NCBI GenBank assembly: GCA_965207075.1
Contig: CBDBLO010000002.1
Coordinates: 256,001 to 320,000 of the forward strand
DNA from: Nitrosopumilus sp.
GTDB lineage: Archaea; Thermoproteota; Nitrososphaeria; Nitrososphaerales; Nitrosopumilaceae
DNA: 64,000 bases
Reading direction: 5' to 3'
In this document: positions 29,128-39,449 of the stretch, piece by piece
Layout of the letters: each line of letters begins with the position of its first letter
How positions within the stretch are numbered: the first letter of the stretch is position 1
Program-made: the position numbers and the translations under genes
The notes under the pieces: generated by a model
What the model was told of the DNA's origin: nothing
The model's input: the letters and a program-made list of their open reading frames with translations, nothing else
Databases searched by the model: none

Positions 29128-30210
29128 ATGCCGCACGCCGATACCGCCGACACGTGCATCGATGCCAGACACATCTCAAAGATGTACGGCCAAACCAGCG
29201 CAGTAGACGACGTCACGTTCCGGGTGCGGCGTGGCCGCGTCTTTGGGTTTCTGGGGCCCAACGGGGCGGGCAAGTCCACCACCATCAAGATGCTGACCAC
29301 GCTGGTCAGGCCCACCTCCGGCGACATATCGATACTGGGCATCGACGCCATGAAGCGCCCCCTCCAGGTGCGCCAGAGGATAGGCGTGGTGCTGCAGCAG
29401 CCGAGCTACGAGCCCACGCTGTCGGTGGAAAAGGCGCTCGACAAGTACGGGATGATGTGGGGCGTGCCCAGGGGCATGCGCCGCGACAGGACCGAGTCGC
29501 TTCTGGAGGAGTTCGACCTGGCGGGGGTACGGAGCAGGCGCAACGAGGATCTCTCGATAGGGCAGCGCAGGCGCGTGCAGGTGGCCCGCGAGTTCATGCA
29601 CGACATGGACCTGCTGTTTCTGGACGAGCCGACGGTCGGCCTTGATCCCAATGCGCGCCGCGACCTGCTTGACTATCTGCAGAACCGCGTAAGGGCGACG
29701 GGGCTGAGCATCTTCTATACGACGCACATACTGACGGAGGCCGAGTACCTGTGCGACGAGATCGCGATAATGAACCGCGGCAGGCTGCTTGAGGTGGACA
29801 CGCCTGACGCCCTCAAGGCGAAGCTGGGGGACGAGAAGACCATAAAGATACACCTGCCGTACAGGCCCCCTAACATACGCGACCTGCTCTCTGGCATGGA
29901 CGGATGCCGCATCGAGTTTGGCGGCGATCACCGCTTTGGCGGCGGTGACGGCAACCGCACCGGCAACCGCACCACCATTACAATCCGCTCCTCCGAATCG
30001 GAGCTGGTGCTGCTCAGGGTACTGGGGATACTGCGCGAGAACCGCATCGAGATAGAGGACCTGTCGGCCGTTCCCACCAGCCTGGAGGAGATATTTCTGA
30101 ACATGACAGAAGAGCTGAGGGGGCAGCAGGGTGGTGGGCCGAATGCCGGCGCGGGGGGCGACGACGGCGGCGGCCGCCGGAACAGCCGGCGCGGGGGCAG
30201 GCGGGCATGA
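29128..30210 (+). CDS. ABC-2 type exporter ATP-binding protein
   Basis: 'GFLGPNGAGKST', 'LSIGQRRR', 'LFLDEPTVGLD', 'YTTH'. Confidence 0.93.
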   Translation: MPHADTADTCIDARHISKMYGQTSAVDDVTFRVRRGRVFGFLGPNGAGKSTTIKMLTTLVRPTSGDISILGIDAMKRPLQVRQRIGVVLQQPSYEPTLSVEKALDKYGMMWGVPRGMRRDRTESLLEEFDLAGVRSRRNEDLSIGQRRRVQVAREFMHDMDLLFLDEPTVGLDPNARRDLLDYLQNRVRATGLSIFYTTHILTEAEYLCDEIAIMNRGRLLEVDTPDALKAKLGDEKTIKIHLPYRPPNIRDLLSGMDGCRIEFGGDHRFGGGDGNRTGNRTTITIRSSESELVLLRVLGILRENRIEIEDLSAVPTSLEEIFLNMTEELRGQQGGGPNAGAGGDDGGGRRNSRRGGRRA

Positions 30211-30974
30211 CGCACCCCATACTCCGGTTGGTAAACCGCAACATTACCATCTCGCTGAACCCGGGGTTCCTCATATGGCAGGTGATCTTCCCGCTGGTCT
30301 ACATCTTTATCGCGGGATTTGCATACGCGCCGCTCGTCCAGGGCATACAGTTTGGCGCGGACAAGGATCTTGGCTATCCCGCGTTCCTCGCGTCCGGCAT
30401 GATCGGATTCAACATAATGAACAGCACCTTGGTCTCTGGGATAATAATCTGGAACGACAGGCGGCACGGCATGTTTGAGCAGATAATGTCGGGGCCGTTC
30501 ACCAGGGGTCACTATATCATCAGCAACATATGCACGATTGCCATAGTCGGCCTGGTTAGCGCCGCGTTCATCATGGCAGTCGGCTATCCGGTCTTCTTTG
30601 AGGATGCAGAGATCTCGCTTGTTACCATACCGATCATCGTGTTTGGAGCGGTTGCGGGATCCGTGCTGTTCGGGTCGCTCGCGTCGATAATATCGACCAG
30701 GCTGCGCTCAAGCGAGGGGTTCAACGTTATCATCAATACGGTCTTTCTCTTCTTTGCGTTCGTGAGCACGGCCTTTTATCCGGCCGAGGGCGTCCAGGAG
30801 CCGCTGAGGACCGCGTTCTACCTCAACCCGCTGACATATCTGGTGGACGTGATAAGGGCAGGCATATTCGGCAGCGTCGACGCGTTCGTCGCGGTGGAGG
30901 TGGCGGTTCTGGCCGTCCTTGCGTGCGCGCTGTTTGTAGTGGCGTCCAGGTTGCTTACTCGGCTCAACGTGTGA
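30207..30974 (+). CDS. ABC-2 type exporter permease
   Basis: Multiple TM segments, 'FLASGMIG', 'AFYP', 'NPLTYLVDVIR'. ATGA overlap with the ATPase gene. Confidence 0.92.
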   Translation: MTHPILRLVNRNITISLNPGFLIWQVIFPLVYIFIAGFAYAPLVQGIQFGADKDLGYPAFLASGMIGFNIMNSTLVSGIIIWNDRRHGMFEQIMSGPFTRGHYIISNICTIAIVGLVSAAFIMAVGYPVFFEDAEISLVTIPIIVFGAVAGSVLFGSLASIISTRLRSSEGFNVIINTVFLFFAFVSTAFYPAEGVQEPLRTAFYLNPLTYLVDVIRAGIFGSVDAFVAVEVAVLAVLACALFVVASRLLTRLNV

Positions 30975-31060
30975 CTGTAATGTTGGTGGCGATGACGGCA
31001 GCGGCAACTGCAGTGACGGCAGCAACGGCGGCCTCCGCGCAAGTATGATGATGGCGATGA

Positions 31061-31138
31061 TGGTAGCCCGGCCCAGATTCGAACTGGGGTCGGAGGGACC
31101 AAAACCCTCCATGCTTGACCTGACTACACTACCGGGCT
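31061..31138 (-). tRNA. tRNA-Gln(TTG)
   Basis: Reverse strand AGCCCGGTAGTGTAGTCAGGTCAAGCATG-GAGGG TT TTG GT CCCTC-CGACCCCAGTTCGAATCTGGG-CCGGGCTACCA. Confidence 0.93.
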
Positions 31139-31239
31139 GACAGTAAACGGGCAGCTGCACATCCCTTAATGAACTTTTTAGATTGCGTTTTAGGCCGCCT
31201 GCGCAATAAGTTTTTTTAAAGAAGCCGCTGCGGTGTATC

Positions 31240-32499
31240 ATGGCGGCAAAAAGGACAGGTGGCAAAAAAGATAGCGGCAAGAGAGGCGGCAAGAGAGGCG
31301 GCAGGACCGCCCCTGATGGTGACAATGCCGGCAACGGCGCGCATGATCGCGCCATGACCGTGTCCGTGTTTGGGATGAGCACGGAGGGCTACGACATAGC
31401 GCGGCAGGCCGCCATAGACGGCGCGACCGTCTTTATCATAGACGAGTCGAACCCCACTGCAATCGAACTGAACGCGGAGATCGCCAGGACGTACCCGCAC
31501 ATATCCTCCCTGCAGGATGACGAGCCCATAATGTCACTCGAGCCGCTGCACGTGGCCGTCTCAAGGTCTGACTATCTGTTCTTTGCGCCGCGCATACGCG
31601 CTCAGCTGCACAGCACAAAGGCAAGCACGCACTCGCTCTTCAAGGATGCGGTAGAGCACGTCAAGGAGGGCGCCTCCGTGGTATTCTGCGTGCCGGTCGG
31701 CATCGGGGAGAGCAGCGAGTACGTGTCGATACTGCAGCACGATACCGGGCTCGAGGTGGGCTCGGAGGTGTCCTACTACTATTATCCGCTGGAGAGCGGC
31801 CGCCCGCCGCCCCGGATGGTCGGCTCCGTCGATCCCGGGAGGATCGACGGCCGGCTTGCCGCAATCTTCTCGCCTGATCCCGAGAACCCCGCGGAGTTCG
31901 CGACGCTGGCCGCGTCGGAGTACATACACGCAATGGAGATCGTATCCAGGTTTGCGTCCATATGCACCATGCTCGAGGTGGCGCAGTTCGTTCCAAGGGA
32001 GAGCGTGCCGGAGATGGCAGTCGACGACCGCATGCAGGAGTCGTACTTGGACGGGATGGTCGGCGGACTGCTTGACATGCGTGCCGTCGGGCTGTCCCTT
32101 GAGGATGCAAAGTCGCTTCAGCGGCTGCCCACGCTGTACGCAAAGGGCCTGGACTCGTACGTCCGGCGGCTGGTGGACAACACAAAGCAGATCATACGGG
32201 ACTGTGACATGCGTACCACCAAGACCAAGGTGGTCATACTGTGGTCGTTTGATGACCATCTGATGCGCGGCGACCGCAACGAGATATGCAACGTGCTGGC
32301 CAGCCGGCTGCACGACTGGCTGGCCGACGTGGACGTGTACGCGGAGCCGCCGCCGGGAATCTTTTCGACTGACAAGCCAATGGCCGTCATCCCGTGCTCC
32401 CTGAAGGACTTTGAGCGGGCCGCGGCCGCCAAGGCCGAAAAGCCCAACCTGGTGGTGGTGAAGGCCACCCCGCTGTGCGAGCAGTTTGAAGGATCGTAG
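31240..32499 (+). CDS. Degenerate UDP-glucose/GDP-mannose dehydrogenase-like protein
   Basis: Rossmann-like start 'VSVFGMSTEGYDIA', plus 'LQHDTGLEVGSE..YYYYP', 'ASEY', 'TKVVIL'. The domain order matches nucleotide-sugar dehydrogenases, but no canonical GxGxxG or GxC motif is visible. Confidence 0.5.
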   Translation: MAAKRTGGKKDSGKRGGKRGGRTAPDGDNAGNGAHDRAMTVSVFGMSTEGYDIARQAAIDGATVFIIDESNPTAIELNAEIARTYPHISSLQDDEPIMSLEPLHVAVSRSDYLFFAPRIRAQLHSTKASTHSLFKDAVEHVKEGASVVFCVPVGIGESSEYVSILQHDTGLEVGSEVSYYYYPLESGRPPPRMVGSVDPGRIDGRLAAIFSPDPENPAEFATLAASEYIHAMEIVSRFASICTMLEVAQFVPRESVPEMAVDDRMQESYLDGMVGGLLDMRAVGLSLEDAKSLQRLPTLYAKGLDSYVRRLVDNTKQIIRDCDMRTTKTKVVILWSFDDHLMRGDRNEICNVLASRLHDWLADVDVYAEPPPGIFSTDKPMAVIPCSLKDFERAAAAKAEKPNLVVVKATPLCEQFEGS

Positions 32500-32624
32500 T
32501 TAGTTGCATAACCCGAGTTCTTGGTGTGTGCCCTCAACCGCAGAATGAGGCGTAGGCAGGGCTGCGCAGCCAACTAAAGGAGCGCCAGTTGTTAAATTAT
32601 AAATCGCCTGCGCCGTGGCGCTAG

Positions 32625-33386
32625 ATGATGTCACAAAACGACGGGCCGCCTGCAGGTGGCGGAGGTGACGGCGGCCGCGATCCCGGCGCGGTGGCCGGAA
32701 CGGATTACGCGGCCGACGGGGAGATTACAATTGAGAATGTTGCCGGCGGGGATGTTGCCGGTGGAAACGACGACGGAGGTTCAGACGGCGGCGCCACGGG
32801 CCCCGAACCGACCGCGGATGCGGCCACGGCCGCTGCAGAGTCAGAGTCGGAGCCAGACGACGGCAGCCGCACCCGTGATGCCAAGCACGACGGCACGGCG
32901 CCGCCGACGTCGTCGCCTGACATGGACCCCGCGCAGCTGTACAACCTGTTGCAGGCAGAGACGGCCAAGTCCTCCAGATACGAGCAAAAGCTCAAGCTCG
33001 CGCTTGCCGACTATCAGAACCTTACGAAGAGGACGGCGTCTGAGATCGAGGCCGGGATTGCCGCGAGGCTGGGGGGACTCGTGTCCGACGTGCTCGGCGT
33101 GCGGGACGACTTTGTCAGGGCCCGCGACACGTTTGCCAAGGAGCAGGTTGACACGGAGGGGCTTGACTCCATACTGCGCAACATGGACTCGATGCTTGAG
33201 AGGTACGAGGTCAGGCCCATCGACGCTCTCGGAGAGATATTCGACCCGAACATGCACGAGGCCGTCTCCTCGGAGGTGGACCCGCTGCTTGATGAGAACA
33301 CCATAACAAAGGAGCTGCGCCGCGGTTACATGATGAAAAATACGATTATAAGGCCTTCAATGGTAGTCATATCAAAAAAGGAGTAG
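32625..33386 (+). CDS. grpE: Nucleotide exchange factor GrpE
   Basis: 'LADYQNLTKR', 'VRDDFVRA', 'GEIFDPNMHEAV', 'GYMM...IRPSMVVI'. Acidic N-terminal extension. Confidence 0.95.
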   Translation: MMSQNDGPPAGGGGDGGRDPGAVAGTDYAADGEITIENVAGGDVAGGNDDGGSDGGATGPEPTADAATAAAESESEPDDGSRTRDAKHDGTAPPTSSPDMDPAQLYNLLQAETAKSSRYEQKLKLALADYQNLTKRTASEIEAGIAARLGGLVSDVLGVRDDFVRARDTFAKEQVDTEGLDSILRNMDSMLERYEVRPIDALGEIFDPNMHEAVSSEVDPLLDENTITKELRRGYMMKNTIIRPSMVVISKKE

Positions 33387-33397
33387 CGCGGTAAATA

Positions 33398-35368
33398 ATG
33401 AGTAAAGTTATCGGCATTGATCTTGGCACCAGCAACTCTGCTGCTGCCGTAATGATGGGCGGCAAACCCGCCATAATTCCGGCGGCCGAGGGCGCCACCG
33501 TGGGCGGCAAGGCCTTTCCCTCCGTCGTGGCGTTCTCAAAGGAGGGCGACCTCTTGGTGGGGGAGCCGGCGCGCAGGCAGGCCGTCACAAACCCCACAAA
33601 CACCATCGTCGCGGCAAAGCGCAAGATGGGATCCGATCACACGTTCCGCATACAGGACAAGGACTACAAGCCGCAGCAGATCTCGGCGTTCATCCTGCAA
33701 AAGATCAAAAAGGACGCGGAGGCGTTCGTCGGTGAGCCTGTCCAGAAGGCAGTCATCACGGTCCCGGCATACTTTGATGACAACCAGCGCCAGGCCACAA
33801 AGGACGCCGGCACGATCGCGGGGCTTGATGTCGTCCGGATAATCAACGAGCCGACGGCCGCCTCGCTTGCGTTCGGGCTGGACAAGGCAAAGGAGGACAT
33901 GAAGATACTGGTCTTTGACTTTGGCGGCGGCACGCTGGACGTTACCATAATGGAGATGGGCGGCGGCGTCTTTGAGGTGATGAGCACCTCCGGCGACACG
34001 CAGCTCGGGGGGACCGACATGGACAAGGCCCTGATCGACTATATCTCCGACGAGTTCCGCAAAAAGGAGGGCATAGACCTTGGATCCGACGTGACTGCGA
34101 TGACGCGCATACGGGAGGCGGCCGAAAAGGCAAAGATCGAGCTGTCCACCGTAATGGAGACTGACGTCAACCTGCCGTTCATAGCAAACGACCCCTCGTC
34201 GGGCGCAAAGAACCTCGAGATCAGGATCACCAGGGCAAAGCTCGACGAGCTCATCGACCCGATAGTGCAGCGCTGCAAGCCGTCCATACTAAAGGCGCTC
34301 GAGGATGCGAAGGTTACGGACTCTGACATCGGCAAGATAGTGATGGTCGGGGGCCCCACCAGGATACCGCTTGTAAGAAAGTTCGTCGGCGAGGTGGTCG
34401 GCAAGACGCCCGAGTCCGGCGTGGACCCGATGGAGGCAGTCGCAATGGGCGCAGCGATCCAGGCCGGCATCATAGCAGGCGACGTTACAAGCGATATCGT
34501 ACTGCTTGACGTGACGCCGCTGACGCTCGGGATAGAGACGCTGGGCGGGGTCAGGGAGCCGCTCATAGAGCGCAACACCACCATACCCACCTCAAAGTCC
34601 AAGGTCTTTACCACCGCCGCGGACAACCAGACGGCCGTTACCATACACGTGGTGCAGGGGGAGCGCCCGATGGCCTCGGACAACGTCTCTCTTGGAAGCT
34701 TCAACCTTACGGACCTGCCCCCGGCGCCAAGGGGCGTGCCGCAGATAGAGGTCAAGTTCGACATCGACGCCAACGGAATAATCAACGTGACTGCAAAGGA
34801 TCTCGGGACGCAGAAGGAGGCAAAGATCACGATCGAGTCGTCCACCAAGCTGTCCGAGGACGAGATTGAAAAGCTAAAGGAGGACGCCGAAAAGTTCTCC
34901 GAGGAGGACAAAAAGAAAAAGGAAAAGATAGACCTCCGGAACGAGGCGGAGAGCTATATCTACACCACCGAGAAGCTGGTAACCCAGGACCTCAAGGACA
35001 AGATAACACAGGAGCAGGGCATCAAGATTACCGACGCGGCAAAGGAGGTAAAGGAGGCCCTGGACAGGGAGCCGGAGGAGCTAAAGATAAAGCTAGAGGC
35101 CCTTCAAAAGATTGTAAACGAGGTGACCGTGGAGCTGTACAAGAATGCCGCTCCGGGGGCAGACCCGCAGCAGCAGCAACAGCAACAGTCGGCCGCCGAG
35201 GGTGACGAGAACGTGTTTGAAAAGGTGGATCCAGAAGGGCAGCAGTCGGAGGGCGCGCGGGAAAGTGACGGCGCTGGCAGTGCAGACAGTGACAACAATA
35301 GCAACAGCAACGACAACAACAGCAACGACTCGGCGCAAAAGGATCCGCACCAGACGGGCCAGTCGTGA
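33398..35368 (+). CDS. dnaK: Chaperone DnaK (Hsp70)
   Basis: '[10 protein letters not shown]', 'AVITVPAYF', 'INEPTAA', 'DFGGGTLD', '[10 protein letters not shown]', 'FDIDANGI'. Confidence 0.98.
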   Translation: MSKVIGIDLGTSNSAAAVMMGGKPAIIPAAEGATVGGKAFPSVVAFSKEGDLLVGEPARRQAVTNPTNTIVAAKRKMGSDHTFRIQDKDYKPQQISAFILQKIKKDAEAFVGEPVQKAVITVPAYFDDNQRQATKDAGTIAGLDVVRIINEPTAASLAFGLDKAKEDMKILVFDFGGGTLDVTIMEMGGGVFEVMSTSGDTQLGGTDMDKALIDYISDEFRKKEGIDLGSDVTAMTRIREAAEKAKIELSTVMETDVNLPFIANDPSSGAKNLEIRITRAKLDELIDPIVQRCKPSILKALEDAKVTDSDIGKIVMVGGPTRIPLVRKFVGEVVGKTPESGVDPMEAVAMGAAIQAGIIAGDVTSDIVLLDVTPLTLGIETLGGVREPLIERNTTIPTSKSKVFTTAADNQTAVTIHVVQGERPMASDNVSLGSFNLTDLPPAPRGVPQIEVKFDIDANGIINVTAKDLGTQKEAKITIESSTKLSEDEIEKLKEDAEKFSEEDKKKKEKIDLRNEAESYIYTTEKLVTQDLKDKITQEQGIKITDAAKEVKEALDREPEELKIKLEALQKIVNEVTVELYKNAAPGADPQQQQQQQSAAEGDENVFEKVDPEGQQSEGARESDGAGSADSDNNSNSNDNNSNDSAQKDPHQTGQS

Positions 35369-35431
35369 CCCTGCGGCACGCGGTGCGGCTTGATATCGTT
35401 TATACGTAAAACATTCGGAGCGTGACGTGCC

Positions 35432-36514
35432 GTGAGTTCGAAGCGTGACTATTACGAGGTTCTGGGCGTTGGCAAGGACGCGCCCGCCGACGAGATAAAG
35501 AAACAGTACCGCAAGCTGGCGCTAAAGTTCCACCCCGATCGCAACAGCACGGCCGAGGCCGCCGAGCACTTCAAGGAGATATCCGAGGCGTATGCGGTGC
35601 TGTCCGACGGCTCCAAGCGGCAGCTGTACGACAGGGCCGGGCATGCGGGAGTCGACGGGCAGTACAGCACGGAAGATATCTTTGGCGGGGCGCGCGGAAA
35701 CTTTGACGAGGTATTCGGCCGGGACGGCGGCGGATTCGAGTCCATCTTTGAGCAGATCTTTGGGGGCAGGGGCCGCGGCGGCTTCGGCCGGAGCCGCGAG
35801 GGCGCCGACCGCCTAGTTGAGACGTCGGTTACGCTTGAGGAGGTTCTGCACGGCAAGAACTTGGAGATCGAGGTCCAAAAGCGCATAACCTGCGGGGAGT
35901 GCAGCGGGACGGGATGCCGCCCCGGGACTAGGAGGAAGACGTGCTCTGCATGCGGGGGCCAGGGCCAGATCAGGAAGACGCGCCAGATGGGGTTTGCCTC
36001 CTTTGTAACCGCAATGCCCTGCTCTGCATGCGGGGGCCAGGGCATGGCCATAGAGGACCCGTGCGGCAAGTGCAAGGGGAACGGCAGCCGCAAGGGAAAG
36101 AAACCCATTGCATTCAAGATACCCCCCGGTGTCGATGACGGGGACTATACCATACAGGGAGAGGGCGACGAGGTGCCCGGAGGCCGGAACGGCGACCTGA
36201 TAGTGAGGGTGAGGGTCATGAGGCACAAGCTCTTTGAGCGCGACGGCAAGGACATACACATGCGCCTGCACGTCCCGATGGTGGACGCCGCGCTCGGATG
36301 CACCATGAGGGTTCCCACGCTTGACGGCATGGAGACCATAAGGATAGATCCCGGCAGCCAGCCAAACGACACCATAAAGGTGAGGGGCAAGGGGGTCTCG
36401 CACGTCCGCAGCCGCGGCAAGGGCGACATGCTGGTGCACCTTGCCGTCGGGATACCAAAAAAACTCAACCGCACTCAGAGGCGGCTGCTCGAAGAGTTTC
36501 AGAAGGAGGGTTAG
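35432..36514 (+). CDS. dnaJ: Chaperone DnaJ
   Basis: J domain '[10 protein letters not shown]...HPDRN', G/F region, four CxxCxGxG repeats. Confidence 0.97.
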   Translation: MSSKRDYYEVLGVGKDAPADEIKKQYRKLALKFHPDRNSTAEAAEHFKEISEAYAVLSDGSKRQLYDRAGHAGVDGQYSTEDIFGGARGNFDEVFGRDGGGFESIFEQIFGGRGRGGFGRSREGADRLVETSVTLEEVLHGKNLEIEVQKRITCGECSGTGCRPGTRRKTCSACGGQGQIRKTRQMGFASFVTAMPCSACGGQGMAIEDPCGKCKGNGSRKGKKPIAFKIPPGVDDGDYTIQGEGDEVPGGRNGDLIVRVRVMRHKLFERDGKDIHMRLHVPMVDAALGCTMRVPTLDGMETIRIDPGSQPNDTIKVRGKGVSHVRSRGKGDMLVHLAVGIPKKLNRTQRRLLEEFQKEG

Positions 36515-36519
36515 CCGCC

Positions 36520-37155
36520 ATGAATGGCGGCGGCGGCAGCAGTGGTGGCAACTACGACGGCGGCCATGACGGCATCTGCAGGATAGCCTTGGACGTGGAC
36601 GGCGTGCTGGCCGACGTGATGCAGGCGTGGCTGCGCATGACAAACCCCGGCAGGCTCGGCCCGCTCTCCAAGTCAGACATGACCGGCTGGGACTTTTGGT
36701 CAAGATACGGCGTCAAGAAGCGGGACTTTTACGCCCAGCTTGACGCATGCTGGAACGAATGGGACTCCCTGCCTCCCACGGAGCCGGATCTGGCCCGCGC
36801 GACGGAAGGGCTGTCGCGCATAGGCGCGGTGGATATCGTCACGGCCCGGTCGCCGGCGACGAACAGGCACGTAAGGATGTGGCTCAAGCTTCACGACGTA
36901 TCGTACCGGAGGTACGTGCACGTGGCGGCCGGACACATGAAGGCCGATCTGGACTATGACGTGTTCATAGATGACTCGCCCGTAAACGCGGAGGCGTTTT
37001 TGCGCAACGGCAAGCGGGTGATCCTGTACACGCAGCCGTGGAACACCACGGTTGCAGAATCCCCGCCGCGGCTAGTCAGGGTGTCGAGCCTCAGTCAGGC
37101 AGCGGAGGCCGCCGCCCGCATGGCGCCCAGACGTGGCCATAACGGCAGCCAGTAA
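36520..37155 (+). CDS. HAD-superfamily 5'(3')-deoxyribonucleotidase-like protein
   Basis: 'IALDVDGVLAD', 'IVTAR', 'K..LDYDVFIDDSP', 'QPWN'. Confidence 0.85.
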   Translation: MNGGGGSSGGNYDGGHDGICRIALDVDGVLADVMQAWLRMTNPGRLGPLSKSDMTGWDFWSRYGVKKRDFYAQLDACWNEWDSLPPTEPDLARATEGLSRIGAVDIVTARSPATNRHVRMWLKLHDVSYRRYVHVAAGHMKADLDYDVFIDDSPVNAEAFLRNGKRVILYTQPWNTTVAESPPRLVRVSSLSQAAEAAARMAPRRGHNGSQ

Positions 37156-37225
37156 GGCGCCTACTGGCGATGCTTGCGGTGCGCGTGGCGACGGCTTTAC
37201 GGTGACGCAGCATTGGCAGAATCCC

Positions 37226-37396
37226 CTAGTCCGTCCTCCTCATATCCACGGTGTGGCCGTCCCTTACGTGCACCGAATGGGCGGTCTTTAGCAGATCCCT
37301 TATCTTGTCATCGTTGTAAAACTTTGTATTGTACCTGCCAAGCGTCTTTTTGCAGCTGGAGCAGTAGATCTCGATATAGCTGGTCATACACGGCAT
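37226..37396 (-). CDS. Small putative zinc-binding protein
   Basis: MPCMTSYIEIYCSSCKKTLGRYNTKFYNDDKIRDLLKTAHSVHVRDGH... CxxC plus a His cluster. TATA-like TTATATA upstream. Confidence 0.65.
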   Translation of the reverse strand: MPCMTSYIEIYCSSCKKTLGRYNTKFYNDDKIRDLLKTAHSVHVRDGHTVDMRRTD

Positions 37397-37530
37397 GAAG
37401 GATTCCCATATAATAACGCGGAGAAAGGCCCGCCGTGCCAGAAAAGGGAGCGCCATGCCGGCGCGGCCGATCACAATATGACTATAAAAATGATAAATAT
37501 TCCGCACACGTACATTGTTTGGCTGTAATT

Positions 37531-38457
37531 ATGGAACCGTACGATAACTCGCTTGTCGAACCCATAGAGTTGAGGATGGTAAGGCCGTCAAAGTTCCCCA
37601 CCCGCAGCCCTGACCCGAAGGACTCCCCGGAGATTGAGGCCCTCAAGGCCAGCATCAGGGATCACGGGCTGCTGCAGCCCATAGTAGTGCGCCCGCTTGA
37701 GCGGGGCTTTGAGATTGTTGCGGGGCATCGCAGGTTTGCCGCATGCAGGTCGCTCAGATGGAGGTTCATACAGTGCAAGATTGTGGAGTTTGACGACAAG
37801 GAGGCGTACGAGGTGCAGCTTACCGAGAACCTCCAGCGCAAGACGATCGACCCGGTCGAGGAGGCCATGTCGTACCAGCGGTATGTGGATGACTTTGGAT
37901 GGGGCGGAGTCAGCGAGCTTGGGAGGCGGATAGGAAAGAGCGAAGAGTACGTCTCGCACAGGATTCAGCTGCTGAGACTGCCCGAGGATGTGCGCAACAG
38001 GGTAAGGGATCGCGTGCTGGGAATCAGCCAGGCCCTCGAGCTGACCGACGCCGCGCTGGGCGGCCGCGCCTCGGAGCTGGCGCAGGAGATCATAGACAAC
38101 AAGATGACAGTCAAGCAGATACGTCGGGTCAAGGGCCAGTTAAAGCAGGCAGAGGCGTACGACTATTCAGGAATGGCGCCCCCCGGGTGGTCGGAGGGAG
38201 CGCGGCCCGCCGCGCACGACGACGCCGCCGCTGGCGCGGCCGCGGCCAAGACAAGGGAGGCCGCCGTCGTAAAGCGCAGCATCCTCGCGCTCAGGATTAC
38301 GCTCTCAAGGATCGACGAGCTGATAGAGGATGCGGGCAGGGACGGCCCGCACAGCCAGGTTGAGCTGATACAGTTCCTGATGAAGATGAGGATGCAGGCG
38401 CACGCGATGATAGACGACGCGCTGAGGTACAAGCGGGAGCACCGAGCGGCCGCATAG
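37531..38457 (+). CDS. ParB/Spo0J-family protein
   Basis: 'LKASIRDHGLLQPIVVRP', 'IVAGHRRFAA', 'ENLQR', HTH 'ELGRRIGKSEEYVSHRIQLL'. Confidence 0.9.
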   Translation: MEPYDNSLVEPIELRMVRPSKFPTRSPDPKDSPEIEALKASIRDHGLLQPIVVRPLERGFEIVAGHRRFAACRSLRWRFIQCKIVEFDDKEAYEVQLTENLQRKTIDPVEEAMSYQRYVDDFGWGGVSELGRRIGKSEEYVSHRIQLLRLPEDVRNRVRDRVLGISQALELTDAALGGRASELAQEIIDNKMTVKQIRRVKGQLKQAEAYDYSGMAPPGWSEGARPAAHDDAAAGAAAAKTREAAVVKRSILALRITLSRIDELIEDAGRDGPHSQVELIQFLMKMRMQAHAMIDDALRYKREHRAAA

Positions 38458-38518
38458 GACCTGCTTATGATAGTATTACGCGCGGCGAGATGCTACAGTC
38501 CTTTTGCACGCGGCGACG

Positions 38519-39058
38519 TTATTTGCCGATGAACGGCGGGATCCACTCTTTGAGGAATTCTTGATATTCTTTTTCGGTATACGACATGGAATAAAGCGAC
38601 GCCTCTGATTGTGGCACAAAGTCATAGACCTCGTAGGTCTGGAGTATGTCGCCGAACAGGTTACGGTAAATGTCGTTCTCCTCGTCGGCCATCTCCGCGC
38701 TCAGAAATGACTTTATGGTGATCCAGTCGTACCCGCCCCTGGTCCTGCCGGAGAACGCCACGAACGGCGCGTCCTGCAGGTAGCGCTTGAGCCCCTCCAG
38801 CCTCTTTTGCAGCGCCTGGGACGTCCTGAACGTGACCAGGTCGACGCGTATGATGCGGCCGGGCAGCTTTTTGGTGTCCACCGATATCGTGTATCCCTTT
38901 ATGACGCCGCTGTCCTCCAAGGCCTGCTTGCGGGACTCTATCTCCTCTTCCGTGACGCTGTATCCGAACCCCCTGACGCGATCCCAGAGCTCGAACACGG
39001 ACTGTCTGGCGTCCTGGCTCAGCGCCGAGATTATCATCTCGTCAATCCTGTCAACCAT
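38519..39058 (-). CDS. Lrp/AsnC-family transcriptional regulator
   Basis: 'DRIDEMIISALSQDARQS...LEDSGVIKGYTISVD', followed by a RAM-like domain ('RTRGGYDW'). Confidence 0.85.
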   Translation of the reverse strand: MVDRIDEMIISALSQDARQSVFELWDRVRGFGYSVTEEEIESRKQALEDSGVIKGYTISVDTKKLPGRIIRVDLVTFRTSQALQKRLEGLKRYLQDAPFVAFSGRTRGGYDWITIKSFLSAEMADEENDIYRNLFGDILQTYEVYDFVPQSEASLYSMSYTEKEYQEFLKEWIPPFIGK

Positions 39059-39449
39059 GATCTTTCTGTATGGTATGGTATGGCATCTCATATGTACTTT
39101 TTTGATCGGCAGCTCCCACGCATGCTGCCGCCACGGCGCCGCCTGTCGCCCTGTACCTAGACTGGGCTCGACGCGCATAATCGGGCGGTTGGCCGTACGA
39201 ACGGGCGGCAGTATGGCGTGCGGCGTAGGCGGCAGCAGCAGCGGCATGGCGTGATGCCCCGCATGCGCAGCAGCGGGCAACGGGACGCACGGGCAAACGT
39301 GGCATGGCAACCAGCGGGAAAGCATGAGTCCGTCCGTCGTGCGTAAAGGACGGTTACGGCATGGGATTTGCGCCTGACTGCAGAAGAAGTGAGCTCATAC
39401 TCTGGAAGCCGGGCCGCATTTTAATACTAGTGCGTGCCTGATTCTCTGC

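Noticed and set aside
39060-39440. TATGG x3 and GGCA-rich degenerate repeats upstream of the Lrp gene
   Set aside because: Short, irregular, and consistent with the general low-complexity drift of this genome. No element boundaries are visible.
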